A stretch of 64,000 nt of DNA, taken from NCBI GenBank assembly GCA_023957235.1, contig JAMLHI010000007.1, positions 35,738 through 99,737 of the forward strand, read 5' to 3'. The stretch's first letter is position 1; every line of letters begins with the position of its first letter. The stretch is from Chitinophagales bacterium (lineage in GTDB: Bacteria; Bacteroidota; Bacteroidia; Chitinophagales; JADIYW01). A program made the translations under genes and the position numbers. Shown piece by piece: positions 17,579 to 28,196 of the stretch. The notes below the pieces were generated by a model. The model was not told the DNA's origin. It did no database searches and saw only the letters and a program-made list of their open reading frames with translations.

Positions 17579-18442
17579 CTATTTTTTCTTGCCTATCCAA
17601 AATTGTTGTCCTTTCTTCATCTCAGGTTGTTGCTCATGAATAGGAGAGTCATAATGATAACTATATTCATATTCAAGTGTATTCGTATAGCCAGTAGTTA
17701 TATCTTTATTGACTTCCATGTGAAGAAACCCATGAGGATCATAAGTATAAATAATAGTGTATTCAGGAGTTTTTGAATCCTCTTTAAAATAACTCATAGA
17801 TAAAGGAAGTCCATAGCCATTGGGTGGATATTGATATGTAATAGTATGAATATCTCTCCCTAGATAATAATAAGTCTCTTTTACTACTTTATAAAATCTG
17901 TTGTATCTGTATTCATATTCTTCCATCGTTCCATATATTTCCTTGCCTGTTAACTCTCCTGTAAGAGAATCTCTTTCTGGAACCATAGCCTTCCCTAATA
18001 TTCCTAAAATTAATCCTTGTTCATTTGATTGAATCTCGTAATCTTTGGGGTAAGGATAGATTGTTGACATTTTGAGCCATTTGTTTCCAGAATTGTAATA
18101 GATATATTCAATTGGATCGCGTTCAGGTCGAAGTATTTGTTTTCTGCTGATTAGCCCATTACTATTATATTCGTATTTAATAATCGTATGACCATCATAT
18201 TCATTAACACCAAACTCTACTTCTTGGGCTATATTTCCTAGTCCATTAAATAAATATATTTTCCTGAGATATTGGGTGGTTTGAGTACCATCACTCACAT
18301 TTTCATAGACTCTACAAGTGTCCACTTTGTAGTAACTAATTATTTTAGGATCAAATTTGGATACAATACTAATAGATTGTGCTCGGATAGAATTGAAGCA
18401 AATGAAAAATAGGACGGCCAGTATATATTTTGATGTAGACAC
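17579..18442 (-). CDS. Secreted hypothetical protein with Tyr-rich beta-hairpin (YD-like) repeats
   Basis: Signal peptide; recurrent YEYN..G, YTYD..G and YEYSY motifs. Confidence 0.6.
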   Translation of the reverse strand: MSTSKYILAVLFFICFNSIRAQSISIVSKFDPKIISYYKVDTCRVYENVSDGTQTTQYLRKIYLFNGLGNIAQEVEFGVNEYDGHTIIKYEYNSNGLISRKQILRPERDPIEYIYYNSGNKWLKMSTIYPYPKDYEIQSNEQGLILGILGKAMVPERDSLTGELTGKEIYGTMEEYEYRYNRFYKVVKETYYYLGRDIHTITYQYPPNGYGLPLSMSYFKEDSKTPEYTIIYTYDPHGFLHMEVNKDITTGYTNTLEYEYSYHYDSPIHEQQPEMKKGQQFWIGKKK

Positions 18443-18444
18443 GA

Positions 18445-19383
18445 CTAATATATTTCTTTATGCATTTTGCTTTTCTTAGTTGGTTCTACAGCATCATATT
18501 GTCTATTGATATATGCACCAATTTTTTTAACTGCTTCATTGGCTTCTGGACTAAGACCAGCCATATATTGGAATACATGCATCATGCCTTCCCAAATTTC
18601 CATTTCAACAATTACGCCTGCTAATTTCATTTTTTTTGCAAGTCTAGTAGAGTCATCCAAGAGTACTTCTTCTGTTCCTACTTGTATTAAAACTGGTGGA
18701 AAATTATTGAAACTGCCATATAGTGGAGAGATAAAAGGATGGTCTAATGGTTCGCTTCCAGCATATTTTTTTGCAAATACTTCCAAGAGCTCTGGTCCAA
18801 TCAAAGGATCTCTATCTTTTTTTCTCACTACACTATCTCCCGAACTAGTCAAGTCTGTCCACGGAGAAATTAATACTAAAGCTGCAGGAAGCTTAAATCC
18901 TTCATCTCTAAGTATCATTGTTGTTGCAAGTGCTAATCCTCCGCCTGCTGAATCTCCTGCAATAACGATGTTCTTTCTGCCTTCATTGACCAAACCTTTA
19001 TATACTTTAATGGCGTCTTCTATCGCAGCAGGAAAAGGATCTTCTGGGGCTTTTCTATAAGTAATACCTAAAACAGGATGACCAGAAGCTCTTGCAATAC
19101 GTCCAATTAAGCCGCTATGTGTGTTATATGAGCCTACACAATACCCTCCTCCAGGCAAATATAAAATAGTCTTGTCGTCACTAGATTTTGTCGGAGTAAA
19201 CCAAGCAGAAGGAACACCTTCATACATTAATTCTTGCTTGTTAACATGTCGCGGAAATTTAACCATTTTGGAAATTCGTTCAAATCCGTTTCTATGAGTG
19301 ATAGTTTCTGTTCTATTGACAAATAGACTTCTTCTAAAGGCTTTAACAATAAATTGTATAGTTCCAGCTTGAAAACTATTCAT
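18445..19383 (-). CDS. Alpha/beta hydrolase, HSL-family esterase/lipase
   Basis: PGGG (variant of HGGG), GDSAGG nucleophile, E..LDD and HVFQ. Confidence 0.9.
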   Translation of the reverse strand: MNSFQAGTIQFIVKAFRRSLFVNRTETITHRNGFERISKMVKFPRHVNKQELMYEGVPSAWFTPTKSSDDKTILYLPGGGYCVGSYNTHSGLIGRIARASGHPVLGITYRKAPEDPFPAAIEDAIKVYKGLVNEGRKNIVIAGDSAGGGLALATTMILRDEGFKLPAALVLISPWTDLTSSGDSVVRKKDRDPLIGPELLEVFAKKYAGSEPLDHPFISPLYGSFNNFPPVLIQVGTEEVLLDDSTRLAKKMKLAGVIVEMEIWEGMMHVFQYMAGLSPEANEAVKKIGAYINRQYDAVEPTKKSKMHKEIY

Positions 19384-19711
19384 ACTATTTCTTTAGTTTA
19401 TTATTACAAGTTAGAAAATTATTATGAATAATTATACTATTCACCTAACTGCTGGATAAATATCTATTATGGTAATTTATTAATATATTGTATATAAGTG
19501 ATAAATACATTAAAGAAATATTTATTTCTATTAAGGAGTTATTTTATGGAGGCTTAAAATACTGAATCAATAAAATTTTAAAGTTGAAAAAAGGTGATTT
19601 TCTGTGGTGTTTGATGAAATTTTAGAAATAATGTAAAGGAAGTGAATAAAATGGCACCTATAAAAAATAGAATTCTTATCTTAGCTATTTGAAATAAAAT
19701 ATTGAATAATC

Positions 19712-20101
19712 ATGGAAATAGTAGGAGTGTTGACAAAGAAATTGCCTGTTGAAAGTGGCACTAGTGCTAATGGAACTTGGCAAAAACAATTGTTTGTTAT
19801 AGAAACAGAAGAACAATATCCTAAAAAGATTTGTTTCTCTGCTTGGAATAGGAGAGTTGAAGAGTTGACCAATTTTTCTGAGGGCAATAAGTTGAAAGTA
19901 TCCTTTGATATTTCTTCAAGAGAGTATAATGAGCGTTGGTACACTGATGTCAGTGCATGGAGAATAGAAGCTGCTTCAAATGCTGGAACTAGTCAAGGAC
20001 AATATTCTACACCAGCACCTGCTACTGCACCATCTTATTCTGCACCTGCAAGTCCAGCTCCAGACAATGAACAGCATGCTGATGATGATTTACCATTTTA
20101 G
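19712..20101 (+). CDS. DUF3127 family protein (SSB-like OB fold with acidic tail)
   Basis: WQKQ.FVIET...YPKKICF..W, SREYN..WYT...W and C-terminal DDDLPF. Confidence 0.85.
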   Translation: MEIVGVLTKKLPVESGTSANGTWQKQLFVIETEEQYPKKICFSAWNRRVEELTNFSEGNKLKVSFDISSREYNERWYTDVSAWRIEAASNAGTSQGQYSTPAPATAPSYSAPASPAPDNEQHADDDLPF

Positions 20102-20130
20102 TAATTTGAATCTCAGAAGATAATAAATGA

Positions 20131-20159
20131 AGGATTGCCTATGGCAGTCCTATTTTTTT
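20131..20159 (+). terminator. Intrinsic terminator after DUF3127
   Basis: AGGATTGCC-tat-GGCAGTCCT followed by ATTTTTTT. Confidence 0.7.
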
Positions 20160-20186
20160 ATAATAATTTTATTGCGTATTAATTAG

Positions 20187-20900
20187 ATGAGAGTTATTTT
20201 TTTGCATCATGCAGGTGGCGACAAGTATTCTTGGAGGAGATATAATGATTCATTACCATCAACAATAGAAAAGACATATTTAGAGCTTCCTGGTCGAGGA
20301 GATAGATTTTCCGAACCCTTATTAGAAAACACTCCATCGATAGTAGAAGATTTATTTAATCAAATATTACCTTTTTTAAAAGAGCCATATATTTTGGTAG
20401 GAAAAAGTATGGGTGCTCTTCATGCTTATTTACTAATGCAAAAAATCTATAAAATGAACTTGCCCTTGCCCAAACATGTGTTTTTAGGTTCGCGCAAGGC
20501 ACCAGATCACTATCTTCAGCAAATTAAGATTGCTGGTTTGAATAGTGAGGGTTTTTGGAAAGGCGTGGAAGCTTATGGTGGTGTGCCATCATCATTGTTG
20601 CAACACAGAGAATTAATGGATTTATACGAACCGATACTTAGAGCAGATTTTCAATCTTTAGAAAGTTATGAATATAAGGAGGCTAAACCCTTGCCGGTGG
20701 CTGCTACAGTCATGGTAGGAAGAGAAGATAATATTCGATTAAATGAAGTAGGTTCGTGGCAGAATTTTTTCTCAGTGGAAACAAATTTTTTAGAACTACC
20801 TGGCTCTCACTTTTTTATGCATGAACAAGCTTATACTATTTGTAAAATGATCGAAGAAATATGGGCTTGTAATGATGTAGAAGAGGTGAATAGATGCTAA
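20187..20900 (+). CDS. Type II thioesterase (GrsT-like)
   Basis: HHAGG, ELPGRGDR..EP, GKSMG, PILRADF and PGSHFF motifs. Confidence 0.85.
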   Translation: MRVIFLHHAGGDKYSWRRYNDSLPSTIEKTYLELPGRGDRFSEPLLENTPSIVEDLFNQILPFLKEPYILVGKSMGALHAYLLMQKIYKMNLPLPKHVFLGSRKAPDHYLQQIKIAGLNSEGFWKGVEAYGGVPSSLLQHRELMDLYEPILRADFQSLESYEYKEAKPLPVAATVMVGREDNIRLNEVGSWQNFFSVETNFLELPGSHFFMHEQAYTICKMIEEIWACNDVEEVNRC

Positions 20901-21023
20901 TCTAAATCTTACTAAGCTGATTGTCAGTTTATATCATGTATGCACCTTTACCCAATGCACTACTATTGATCTAGATGGATAATAGGGAGATGTTTTATTT
21001 TCCTCAAGTATCTAATTTTAGTA

Positions 21024-21749
21024 TTATTTTGGCAATTGCATTGTTATATCCATGATGAGTATCATTGATTTTGTTTGAGTGGACTTGATGACAACTTCTT
21101 CAGCATTCTCTATACTAATAGCATCTCTTCTATGAAGAATATGACCTTCTATTTCAAATGAACCTTCAATGACAAACAGGTATAGCCCATTCCCTTCTTT
21201 TTGAGTTGGATGAATGACTGAGATATTATTGTCAAATTTTCCTAAATAGAACCAAGCGTCTTGATGTATCCATACACCTTGATTTTTTTCATTTGGAGAT
21301 AATATCTGTACAAGTTGATTGTTTTGAAATATATTTGAATAATCCCATTGGTCATATCTAGGTTTTAGATTTTTCTCTCTTGGGAATAGCCAAATTTGTA
21401 AAATTTCTGTTGGCGTATCACTTAAATGATTGAATTCACTATGGTAAATTCCTGTTCCTGCACTCATCACTTGAATTTCTCCAGTGCGAATTACAGATGA
21501 GTTTCCCATGCTGTCTTTATGTTCCAATGCACCTGATAGAGGTATGGTGATGATTTCCATATTGTCATGAGGATGCCTTCCGAATCCCATTCCTCCTTCT
21601 ATATAATCATCATTTAATACTCGTAATGTTCCAAAGTGTATATTTTCAGGATTGTAATATTGCGCAAAACTAAATGAATGATGAGTTTTCAACCATCCAT
21701 GATCTGCTCCACCGCGTAATGATGCTGGATAAAAATGGATATTTTTCAT
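21024..21749 (-). CDS. Pirin family protein (YhhW-like)
   Basis: HSFSFA.YY, LRVLNDD, HPHDNMEI and MSAGTGIYHSE. Start placed at MKNI (21749) rather than 21788. Confidence 0.9.
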   Translation of the reverse strand: MKNIHFYPASLRGGADHGWLKTHHSFSFAQYYNPENIHFGTLRVLNDDYIEGGMGFGRHPHDNMEIITIPLSGALEHKDSMGNSSVIRTGEIQVMSAGTGIYHSEFNHLSDTPTEILQIWLFPREKNLKPRYDQWDYSNIFQNNQLVQILSPNEKNQGVWIHQDAWFYLGKFDNNISVIHPTQKEGNGLYLFVIEGSFEIEGHILHRRDAISIENAEEVVIKSTQTKSMILIMDITMQLPK

Positions 21750-21993
21750 AATACTTGTTTTTACAACTATTGTATATACAAATATCATGCAAAAAAAGTA
21801 TTCTTAAAATAAACACGTCAAAAATGAGTGTCATTTAAGATTATTTAGGAATTAATGAATCAGAACAATTCGTGATGAAAAAAGTGAATATCAGAATATT
21901 GCTAACAAATCACTTCACATGTATAAAAACTCCCAATGCTTACTCAATACTTTTTTGATAAAGTATATTGAAAAGATATTCGTATTGTTCTTT

Positions 21994-22314
21994 TTAAACA
22001 TCATTTTTATCAGAGGAATTATTATTATAATCTCTCTCTTCATGTTGATTTTCAAAATCAAAATCTGGAAGAAGTTCAGTTTTTATATAATCAACTGTTT
22101 CTTGCAGAGTATTGACAAATTTGACAAAATCTTCTTTATAAATAAAAATTTTATGACGCTCAAAATCATCATTAGGCAACTTTTTGCTTTCTGTAATTGT
22201 GAGAAAATAGTCATTACTTTTTGTGGACTTAATGTCAAAAAAATAAGTTCTTCTTTTTCCTGCTTTTAACCTTACAGAATGAATGTCATTTCGGTGCTTC
22301 CCTTCGTTTTCCAC
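21994..22314 (-). CDS. DUF3276 / PUR-family nucleic-acid-binding protein
   Basis: AGKRRTYFFD, DYFLTITESKK and HKIFIYKEDF motifs. Confidence 0.88.
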   Translation of the reverse strand: MENEGKHRNDIHSVRLKAGKRRTYFFDIKSTKSNDYFLTITESKKLPNDDFERHKIFIYKEDFVKFVNTLQETVDYIKTELLPDFDFENQHEERDYNNNSSDKNDV

Positions 22315-22381
22315 TTTTTCTTTTTATTTGCATTCAACAATAGTGTAAAAAAAGTAAATATTACTTAAATATAAAAGCATT

Positions 22382-24169
22382 TTATTTTGAATCTACTTCT
22401 TCTTGAATTTGTAATTGATATAAATCATAATATAAGCCCTTTTTATTGTACAAATCTTCATGTTTACCATTTTCAACAATAGTTCCATTGTCAAGAACAA
22501 TAATTTTATTAAAATTTTTAACCGTAAAAAGCCTGTGAGTTATTGAAATAACCATTTTATCATTCCAATTATTTTCAAAATTGGATAAGATGATATTTTC
22601 AGTTTTTGCATCAACAGCAGAAAGGCAATCATCCAAAAGGAGTGTATTGGGGTTTTTTATTAAAGCTCTTGCTATACTGACTCTTTGTTTTTGTCCACCA
22701 GAAAGCATGACACCTCTTTCGCCTACAATTGTATCAAATTTTTTAGGAAGTGAAATAATATCGTCATATACGCTAGCTAATTGAGCATAATGCTCTATAT
22801 CCTCTTGAGTAGCATTAGGGTTTCCAAAACTGATATTATGATTGACACTATCCGAAAACAAGAAGACCTCTTGTGGTACATATCCTAATAGATTTCTGAA
22901 ATGGCTTAATTGTATCTCTTTAAGAGGTAAATTGTTGATATAAATTTGTCCAGACAGAGGGTCATAGTTTCTGACTAGCAATTCTGCAATGGTACTTTTA
23001 CCAGAGCCCGTCTTGCCAACAATTGCTATTTTTTCCCCTGCTTTGATTTCGAAAGAAATATTTTTAAGTGCCACTATTCCTGTATCTGGATATACAAAAC
23101 TTACATTGTCAAATCTTATACTTTCAATTTTATTGATGATATATTTGTCTCCGCTGACGATATCTGGAGTGACTTGCAAAAATTCATTAATTCGCTTTTG
23201 TGATGCAGCTGCTCTTTGAACCAATGAAACTGCCCAACCTAATGAAGCTACCGGCCATGTCAGCATATTGATATATACCACAAATTCAGCAATGTTTCCA
23301 GCTGTAAATCGACCTCTTGCCACTTCGTTGCCACCAATATAAATGGCTAATAAGGTACTGATACCCACTAATAGAAGCATGAGTGGGCTAAAAAACGACT
23401 CTACTTTGGCAAGGCTAAGAGATTCATTTCTGTATTGTGAGGTCAATTCTTCAAATTCTTGTTGTACAGCATGATCTCTAGCAAATCCTTGAATAACTTT
23501 AATCCCCGAATATGACTCCTGCGCTTTTGAAGTTAGTGAAGAAAGTGTTTTTTGAATTGATTCACTTTTGATATTGACAATTTTACTCACTTTAAATATA
23601 GAATAGGAGAGTAATGGCAGTGGAATTAATGTCCAAAAAGTAAGGTAAGGATTGATACTTGCCATAGAATAAATGACGAGTGAAAATGTAACTATCAGTC
23701 CTGAAATATACATGATGGCGGGTCCAATATACATCCGCACACGAGAAACATCTTCTGAAATTCTCGACATCATATCTCCTGTAGAATTTCTTTTGTAAAA
23801 GGAAGGTGTCAGTTCTTGGTAATGTAAATAGAGTTCATTTTTTTGATCAAATTCTACATGCCTAGACATTACTATTAATGTTTGACGCATCAAAAACATC
23901 AAAATTCCACGAATTAGGGTGGTAATAATAATGATTATTGAAATAACAGCAATCAAGATAAATATCATGTCTATGTACAAATGAGAAATGTTCAATCCAT
24001 TGAAAACATAAGAAAAAGGAAGATAAATCTGTATTTGCTCAATTCCAATTCTGATGAGTTGAGGGAGAAAAAGAGCAAAAATATTTGAAGTAATAACAAA
24101 TATCATCCCCAACCCTAAAAGAACTCGATACTTATATAAATAATGATTGAGGGCGAATAAAGATTTCAT
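22382..24169 (-). CDS. ABC transporter, fused permease/ATPase (MdlA-like exporter)
   Basis: N-terminal transmembrane domain; GKTGSGKS, LSGGQKQR and LLLDDCLSAVD motifs. Confidence 0.92.
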   Translation of the reverse strand: MKSLFALNHYLYKYRVLLGLGMIFVITSNIFALFLPQLIRIGIEQIQIYLPFSYVFNGLNISHLYIDMIFILIAVISIIIIITTLIRGILMFLMRQTLIVMSRHVEFDQKNELYLHYQELTPSFYKRNSTGDMMSRISEDVSRVRMYIGPAIMYISGLIVTFSLVIYSMASINPYLTFWTLIPLPLLSYSIFKVSKIVNIKSESIQKTLSSLTSKAQESYSGIKVIQGFARDHAVQQEFEELTSQYRNESLSLAKVESFFSPLMLLLVGISTLLAIYIGGNEVARGRFTAGNIAEFVVYINMLTWPVASLGWAVSLVQRAAASQKRINEFLQVTPDIVSGDKYIINKIESIRFDNVSFVYPDTGIVALKNISFEIKAGEKIAIVGKTGSGKSTIAELLVRNYDPLSGQIYINNLPLKEIQLSHFRNLLGYVPQEVFLFSDSVNHNISFGNPNATQEDIEHYAQLASVYDDIISLPKKFDTIVGERGVMLSGGQKQRVSIARALIKNPNTLLLDDCLSAVDAKTENIILSNFENNWNDKMVISITHRLFTVKNFNKIIVLDNGTIVENGKHEDLYNKKGLYYDLYQLQIQEEVDSK

Positions 24170-24401
24170 TTGTTACAAAAATAATAAAAAACGCTTGTAT
24201 ATACAGCAATGCATTGTTTGTTACACGCAAATCTATTTCATATTGTACAATTTACTTTTGATAAATCGAGAAGTTTCCGATTTATATAGGATTCAATAAT
24301 ACATCTAAAAATACGGAAAATAAATTTTATTATATATTCAACTTATACTTGTAATTATTTAATTAAATTATTGAATATTAAGTATCTAAGATTGTAAATT
24401 A

Positions 24402-25409
24402 TTATACTTGAATTAAAAATTGAATTGTATCTATGCCATCAGCATAATCATTGAGTTGAGGTATTTGAGTTGCTCCAAAACTGACGTGTCTATCTGATTT
24501 TTCAAAATTTACCACACACTGAATCTGCTCATTTTGTTCGTTGAGCCATTGAATAATTTCAGATTCATCCTCATAGTAAGCAAGATTGATACAGGATATT
24601 GGAGAAGAAATAGAGATATTATCTACCATGTTGACAAAATCACAATCCACAATTGGTGTTCCATTCATTAAATAGATAGTCCTCTGATAATCAAAATTAT
24701 TTTTATAGGAATGAAAATTCAATAATGTAGAGAAAGGTTGCCAAGCAGTAATAAGATTTTCAATATGATATCCTTTGGGAAGCCAAATCAAGGAAATATT
24801 TCGACATCCTAGTCCAAAATATTCAAATACATCCTTGCCCAATTGGAATAATGTATCCTTGTCTTCATTTCCTTTCAAGACTGCCACTGAATGCCTATTT
24901 TTTCTGATGATATTCGGCTTTTTACCGAAGTAATACTCAAAATATCTTCCGCTATTATTGCTTCCAGTAGCAATCACTGCATTTATTTCTTTCCATCTAT
25001 TATCAATATGGATAAATGACTCCCATTCCTGATTGATGATTGTCAGCTGGTTTAATAAATGAGGAATAAGAATATTATCTTTTTCGGAAGTTTTCAAATG
25101 TAAATGATGACCGCTTATCAATACACATATTATATCATGGAACGATACTAGGGGAATATTCCCTGCAGCTATAATGCCAATATTTTTAGGAGTTATTTTA
25201 CTGAAATCATATTGACTGAGCCAAGTATTTAATTTCTCAGCACTTAACATCTGAAAGGCTATCGCTTGAAGTGCTTTATAACAATTTTCGACAGTAAACC
25301 AATGATTTTTAATTCCCGCCAATCTAATAGCTTGTTGTAATTTTTCATTGTCTTCTGAGATATATTGGCCTAGTTTAACGAGAGAGTTAACTCGATTTAT
25401 CAATTCCAT
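24402..25409 (-). CDS. Acyl-CoA reductase (LuxC-like)
   Basis: AGNIPLV.FHD, IATGSNNS.RYF, YFGLGCRN and YADGIDT motifs. Confidence 0.85.
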   Translation of the reverse strand: MELINRVNSLVKLGQYISEDNEKLQQAIRLAGIKNHWFTVENCYKALQAIAFQMLSAEKLNTWLSQYDFSKITPKNIGIIAAGNIPLVSFHDIICVLISGHHLHLKTSEKDNILIPHLLNQLTIINQEWESFIHIDNRWKEINAVIATGSNNSGRYFEYYFGKKPNIIRKNRHSVAVLKGNEDKDTLFQLGKDVFEYFGLGCRNISLIWLPKGYHIENLITAWQPFSTLLNFHSYKNNFDYQRTIYLMNGTPIVDCDFVNMVDNISISSPISCINLAYYEDESEIIQWLNEQNEQIQCVVNFEKSDRHVSFGATQIPQLNDYADGIDTIQFLIQV

Positions 25410-25470
25410 AAAGTAATAATTCGTTTATGTTTAGTATTTTTGCTCTAACAGATACAAAAGTAATAAGACT

Positions 25471-25818
25471 ATGGCTATTATAATCACAGATGAGTGTATA
25501 AACTGTGGAGCGTGTGAACCAGAATGTCCCAATAATGCAATTTATGAAGGAGGAGTAGAATGGGCAATGTCAGATGGGACAGGAGTAAAAGGAATATTTA
25601 AACTAATGAATGGTTCTGAAATTGATGTCAATGCTAAGCAAAAGCCTATTTCTAATGAAATTTATTATATAGTTCCAGATAAATGTACTGAATGTGTTGG
25701 TTTTCATGAAGAACCTCAATGTGCGGCAGTATGCCCTGTTGATTGTTGTGTTCCTGACCCTGATGTAGTTGAGTCTAATGAGCAATTGCTTGCGAAAAAA
25801 GCAAAACTCCACTTATAA
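25471..25818 (+). CDS. 4Fe-4S dicluster ferredoxin (YfhL-like)
   Basis: CINCGACEPECP and CTECVG...QCAAVCP. Confidence 0.93.
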   Translation: MAIIITDECINCGACEPECPNNAIYEGGVEWAMSDGTGVKGIFKLMNGSEIDVNAKQKPISNEIYYIVPDKCTECVGFHEEPQCAAVCPVDCCVPDPDVVESNEQLLAKKAKLHL

Positions 25819-25896
25819 GAAGATAAATGTGGCTTTTCAATTATAAATAATTGTCTTTTCGTTTTTCAATGAAATATGCACAATTGATACTAATAT

Positions 25897-27183
25897 ATGG
25901 GAGATAAGATTGGTTTTTCTGATTTAGGACTTCATCAGACACTGCTAAAAGCATTGGCAGATGCCAAGTATATTCAACCTACTGATATTCAGTTGGAGTC
26001 CATTCCATTGATATTAAATAGAAATGATGTACTGGGCTGTGCACAAACAGGTACCGGTAAAACAGCTGCTTTTATTTTGCCGATATTGCATCAGATTTTG
26101 ACACTTTTAGAACAAAATACGATACAGAAAAAAGAACTTAAATGTATAGTATTGGTTCCTACGCGGGAATTGGCTCTTCAAATTAATGAATATGTAGCTA
26201 AGATGGTCAAATATTCCAATATTCGTCATTGTGTCGTTTTTGGTGGAATTGATATTGATGGGCAGATTCAACAGTTGAAAAAGATTCATCCCCAGATTTT
26301 GATAGCTACACCTGGTCGTTTATTAGATATATATAGACATAGATTTATCAGTTTTAAACATGCCAAATTTTTGGTTTTGGATGAAGCAGATAGGATGTTG
26401 GATTTAGGATTTAAAGACGATTTACATCAGATTATTGATTTACTGCCAAAAGCTAGACAGACATTAATGTTTTCAGCTACTTTAAATGAAAAAACAAAGA
26501 TTTTGGCAAAAAATATCTTAAGAGAACCTACATATATTAAGGTTTCTCCTGCAGCTTCTACCTCTTTTCAAGTCAAGCAATATTTATATCCAGTTGCAAC
26601 CATTCATAAGAATGATTTGGTCATTCATCTGATTAAAAAGATGAAGCCTAAAAGTATGGTTATTTTTACGAAGACTAAAGCAGGAGCCAATCAATTGGTC
26701 AAAGAACTCGAAAAGGTAAACATCAAAGCTGAAGCACTTCATAGTGACCGCTCCCAACAAGTGAGGATAAGAATATTGGCAGAGTTTGCTAAAAAGAAAT
26801 TAAATATTTTAGTGGCTACAGATGTAGCTGCTAGAGGGTTGGATATTGAAGGGATAGATTATGTTGTTAATTTTGATGTGCCACTACATGCAGAAACCTA
26901 TGTACACAGAGTAGGAAGGACGGGTAGAGCAGAGGCTAAAGGAAAAGCATTTACTTTTGTTACGCCCGAAGATTGGAACCTTGTAGAAAAAATTCAGGAC
27001 TTAACGAAAGAAAATATCCCATTTGAAACGGGGCATCCTTATACGATTTCCTTAAATTTTACAAATCAGGCACTTCTCGAACAGCCAATTGAGTTACCTC
27101 AACCTCCTGTAAAAAAGAAAAAGCCGACATCTAAAGAAAGAAGAGCTAAGAAGGCATTACAAGAGAGAAAAGGTAAGTCTTAG
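25897..27183 (+). CDS. DEAD-box RNA helicase (RhlE-like)
   Basis: AQTGTGKT, PTRELA, TPGR, DEAD, SAT, ARGLD and HRVGRTGR motifs; basic C-terminal tail. Confidence 0.93.
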   Translation: MGDKIGFSDLGLHQTLLKALADAKYIQPTDIQLESIPLILNRNDVLGCAQTGTGKTAAFILPILHQILTLLEQNTIQKKELKCIVLVPTRELALQINEYVAKMVKYSNIRHCVVFGGIDIDGQIQQLKKIHPQILIATPGRLLDIYRHRFISFKHAKFLVLDEADRMLDLGFKDDLHQIIDLLPKARQTLMFSATLNEKTKILAKNILREPTYIKVSPAASTSFQVKQYLYPVATIHKNDLVIHLIKKMKPKSMVIFTKTKAGANQLVKELEKVNIKAEALHSDRSQQVRIRILAEFAKKKLNILVATDVAARGLDIEGIDYVVNFDVPLHAETYVHRVGRTGRAEAKGKAFTFVTPEDWNLVEKIQDLTKENIPFETGHPYTISLNFTNQALLEQPIELPQPPVKKKKPTSKERRAKKALQERKGKS

Positions 27184-27241
27184 GAAACATCAAAAAGCTT
27201 TCTTGTTACAATTGGATAATTCTATCTCTGATTTTTTATAT

Positions 27242-28162
27242 CTATTTTAGAAAAATTCCCCACAAATATAAGGTAACTGCCGATAATGGAAGTCCATAAT
27301 TCACAAGAGAAGCAGATAATTTCGGGCTGAGATTGTATTCTGTAGCAATAATAAATGCTGTAATCATAGGTGGCATAGCTAGCTCTATAACGCTGACATC
27401 ATAAATCATCCCTTTAAGTCCAGAAAAATAAAATATAGTCCAAAATACCAAAGGTCCTAACAGCAGTTTATATACAAGTCCCCATCCAAATTGTTTGGTA
27501 TTAATTTCACTAAAACTAAATGAAAATTGCATCCCTATTGAAAGAAAAGCTAAAGGATTTGTCCAGCTACCTATGTAACTTAATATTTTGAGAATTTGTA
27601 TGCCACCCAATTCAATATCTCTAAAGATTTCAGAAGGCATCATTAAAGCAATGAAAAAACAAGTAAAAGCAGGAAAGGTAATCAGTTGCCATATCATATT
27701 CTTGATAGTCAATTTTTCGCCGCTGGCATAAGCAGCCAGACCGATTCCTAATGTGGAAAGACAAGCAAAAGTGCCGGGCTGATCAACAAATATGGCATAC
27801 TGAAGTCCTTGATCTCCAAATAACAATTTGGTTACAGGATAACCTACAAATGAAGTATTACCTAGTCCACAACCTAATGTTAGAGCCGCCCATGTTTTTT
27901 TATCCCATTTGTATAGATATTTTAATATCCCAAAAAACAATCCTGCTAAAATAAAAAATCCCCACCCTGAAATTGTTGGAGCTAAAAATTCAATCTTTAA
28001 ATCTATTTGACTGATTTTTTCTAATGTAATTGCAGGGATAGTGAAATATAAAATAAATTTATTGACTTTTTTGAATGCATCTTCAGGCAATAGGTGCCGT
28101 TGTTTGATGATGAAACCAGCACTAAGACAAAGCAGTAAAAAAGCAAGAGTCTCTTGAAACAT
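27242..28162 (-). CDS. AEC (auxin efflux carrier) family transporter
   Basis: About 10 hydrophobic segments; GNTSFVGYP and AMPPMIT motifs. Confidence 0.85.
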   Translation of the reverse strand: MFQETLAFLLLCLSAGFIIKQRHLLPEDAFKKVNKFILYFTIPAITLEKISQIDLKIEFLAPTISGWGFFILAGLFFGILKYLYKWDKKTWAALTLGCGLGNTSFVGYPVTKLLFGDQGLQYAIFVDQPGTFACLSTLGIGLAAYASGEKLTIKNMIWQLITFPAFTCFFIALMMPSEIFRDIELGGIQILKILSYIGSWTNPLAFLSIGMQFSFSFSEINTKQFGWGLVYKLLLGPLVFWTIFYFSGLKGMIYDVSVIELAMPPMITAFIIATEYNLSPKLSASLVNYGLPLSAVTLYLWGIFLK

Positions 28163-28196
28163 TCCACAAAAATAAAAGGTGATTGTTTTCTTACTA

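Noticed and set aside
18467-19060. 197-aa plus-strand ORF, and other antisense ORFs such as 37884-38402, 21919-22269 and 46618-46926
   Set aside because: They are antisense shadows of well-supported genes and have no recognisable motifs.
24261-24285. Inverted repeat ATAAATCG-N9-CGATTTAT
   Set aside because: Only 8 bp in AT-rich DNA; it could be a weak terminator or operator but cannot be supported, and it is not a dif site.
24402-25818. LuxC-like reductase as a sign of bioluminescence
   Set aside because: No luxAB or luxDE nearby; the divergent reductase/ferredoxin pair is ordinary Bacteroidota gene order.
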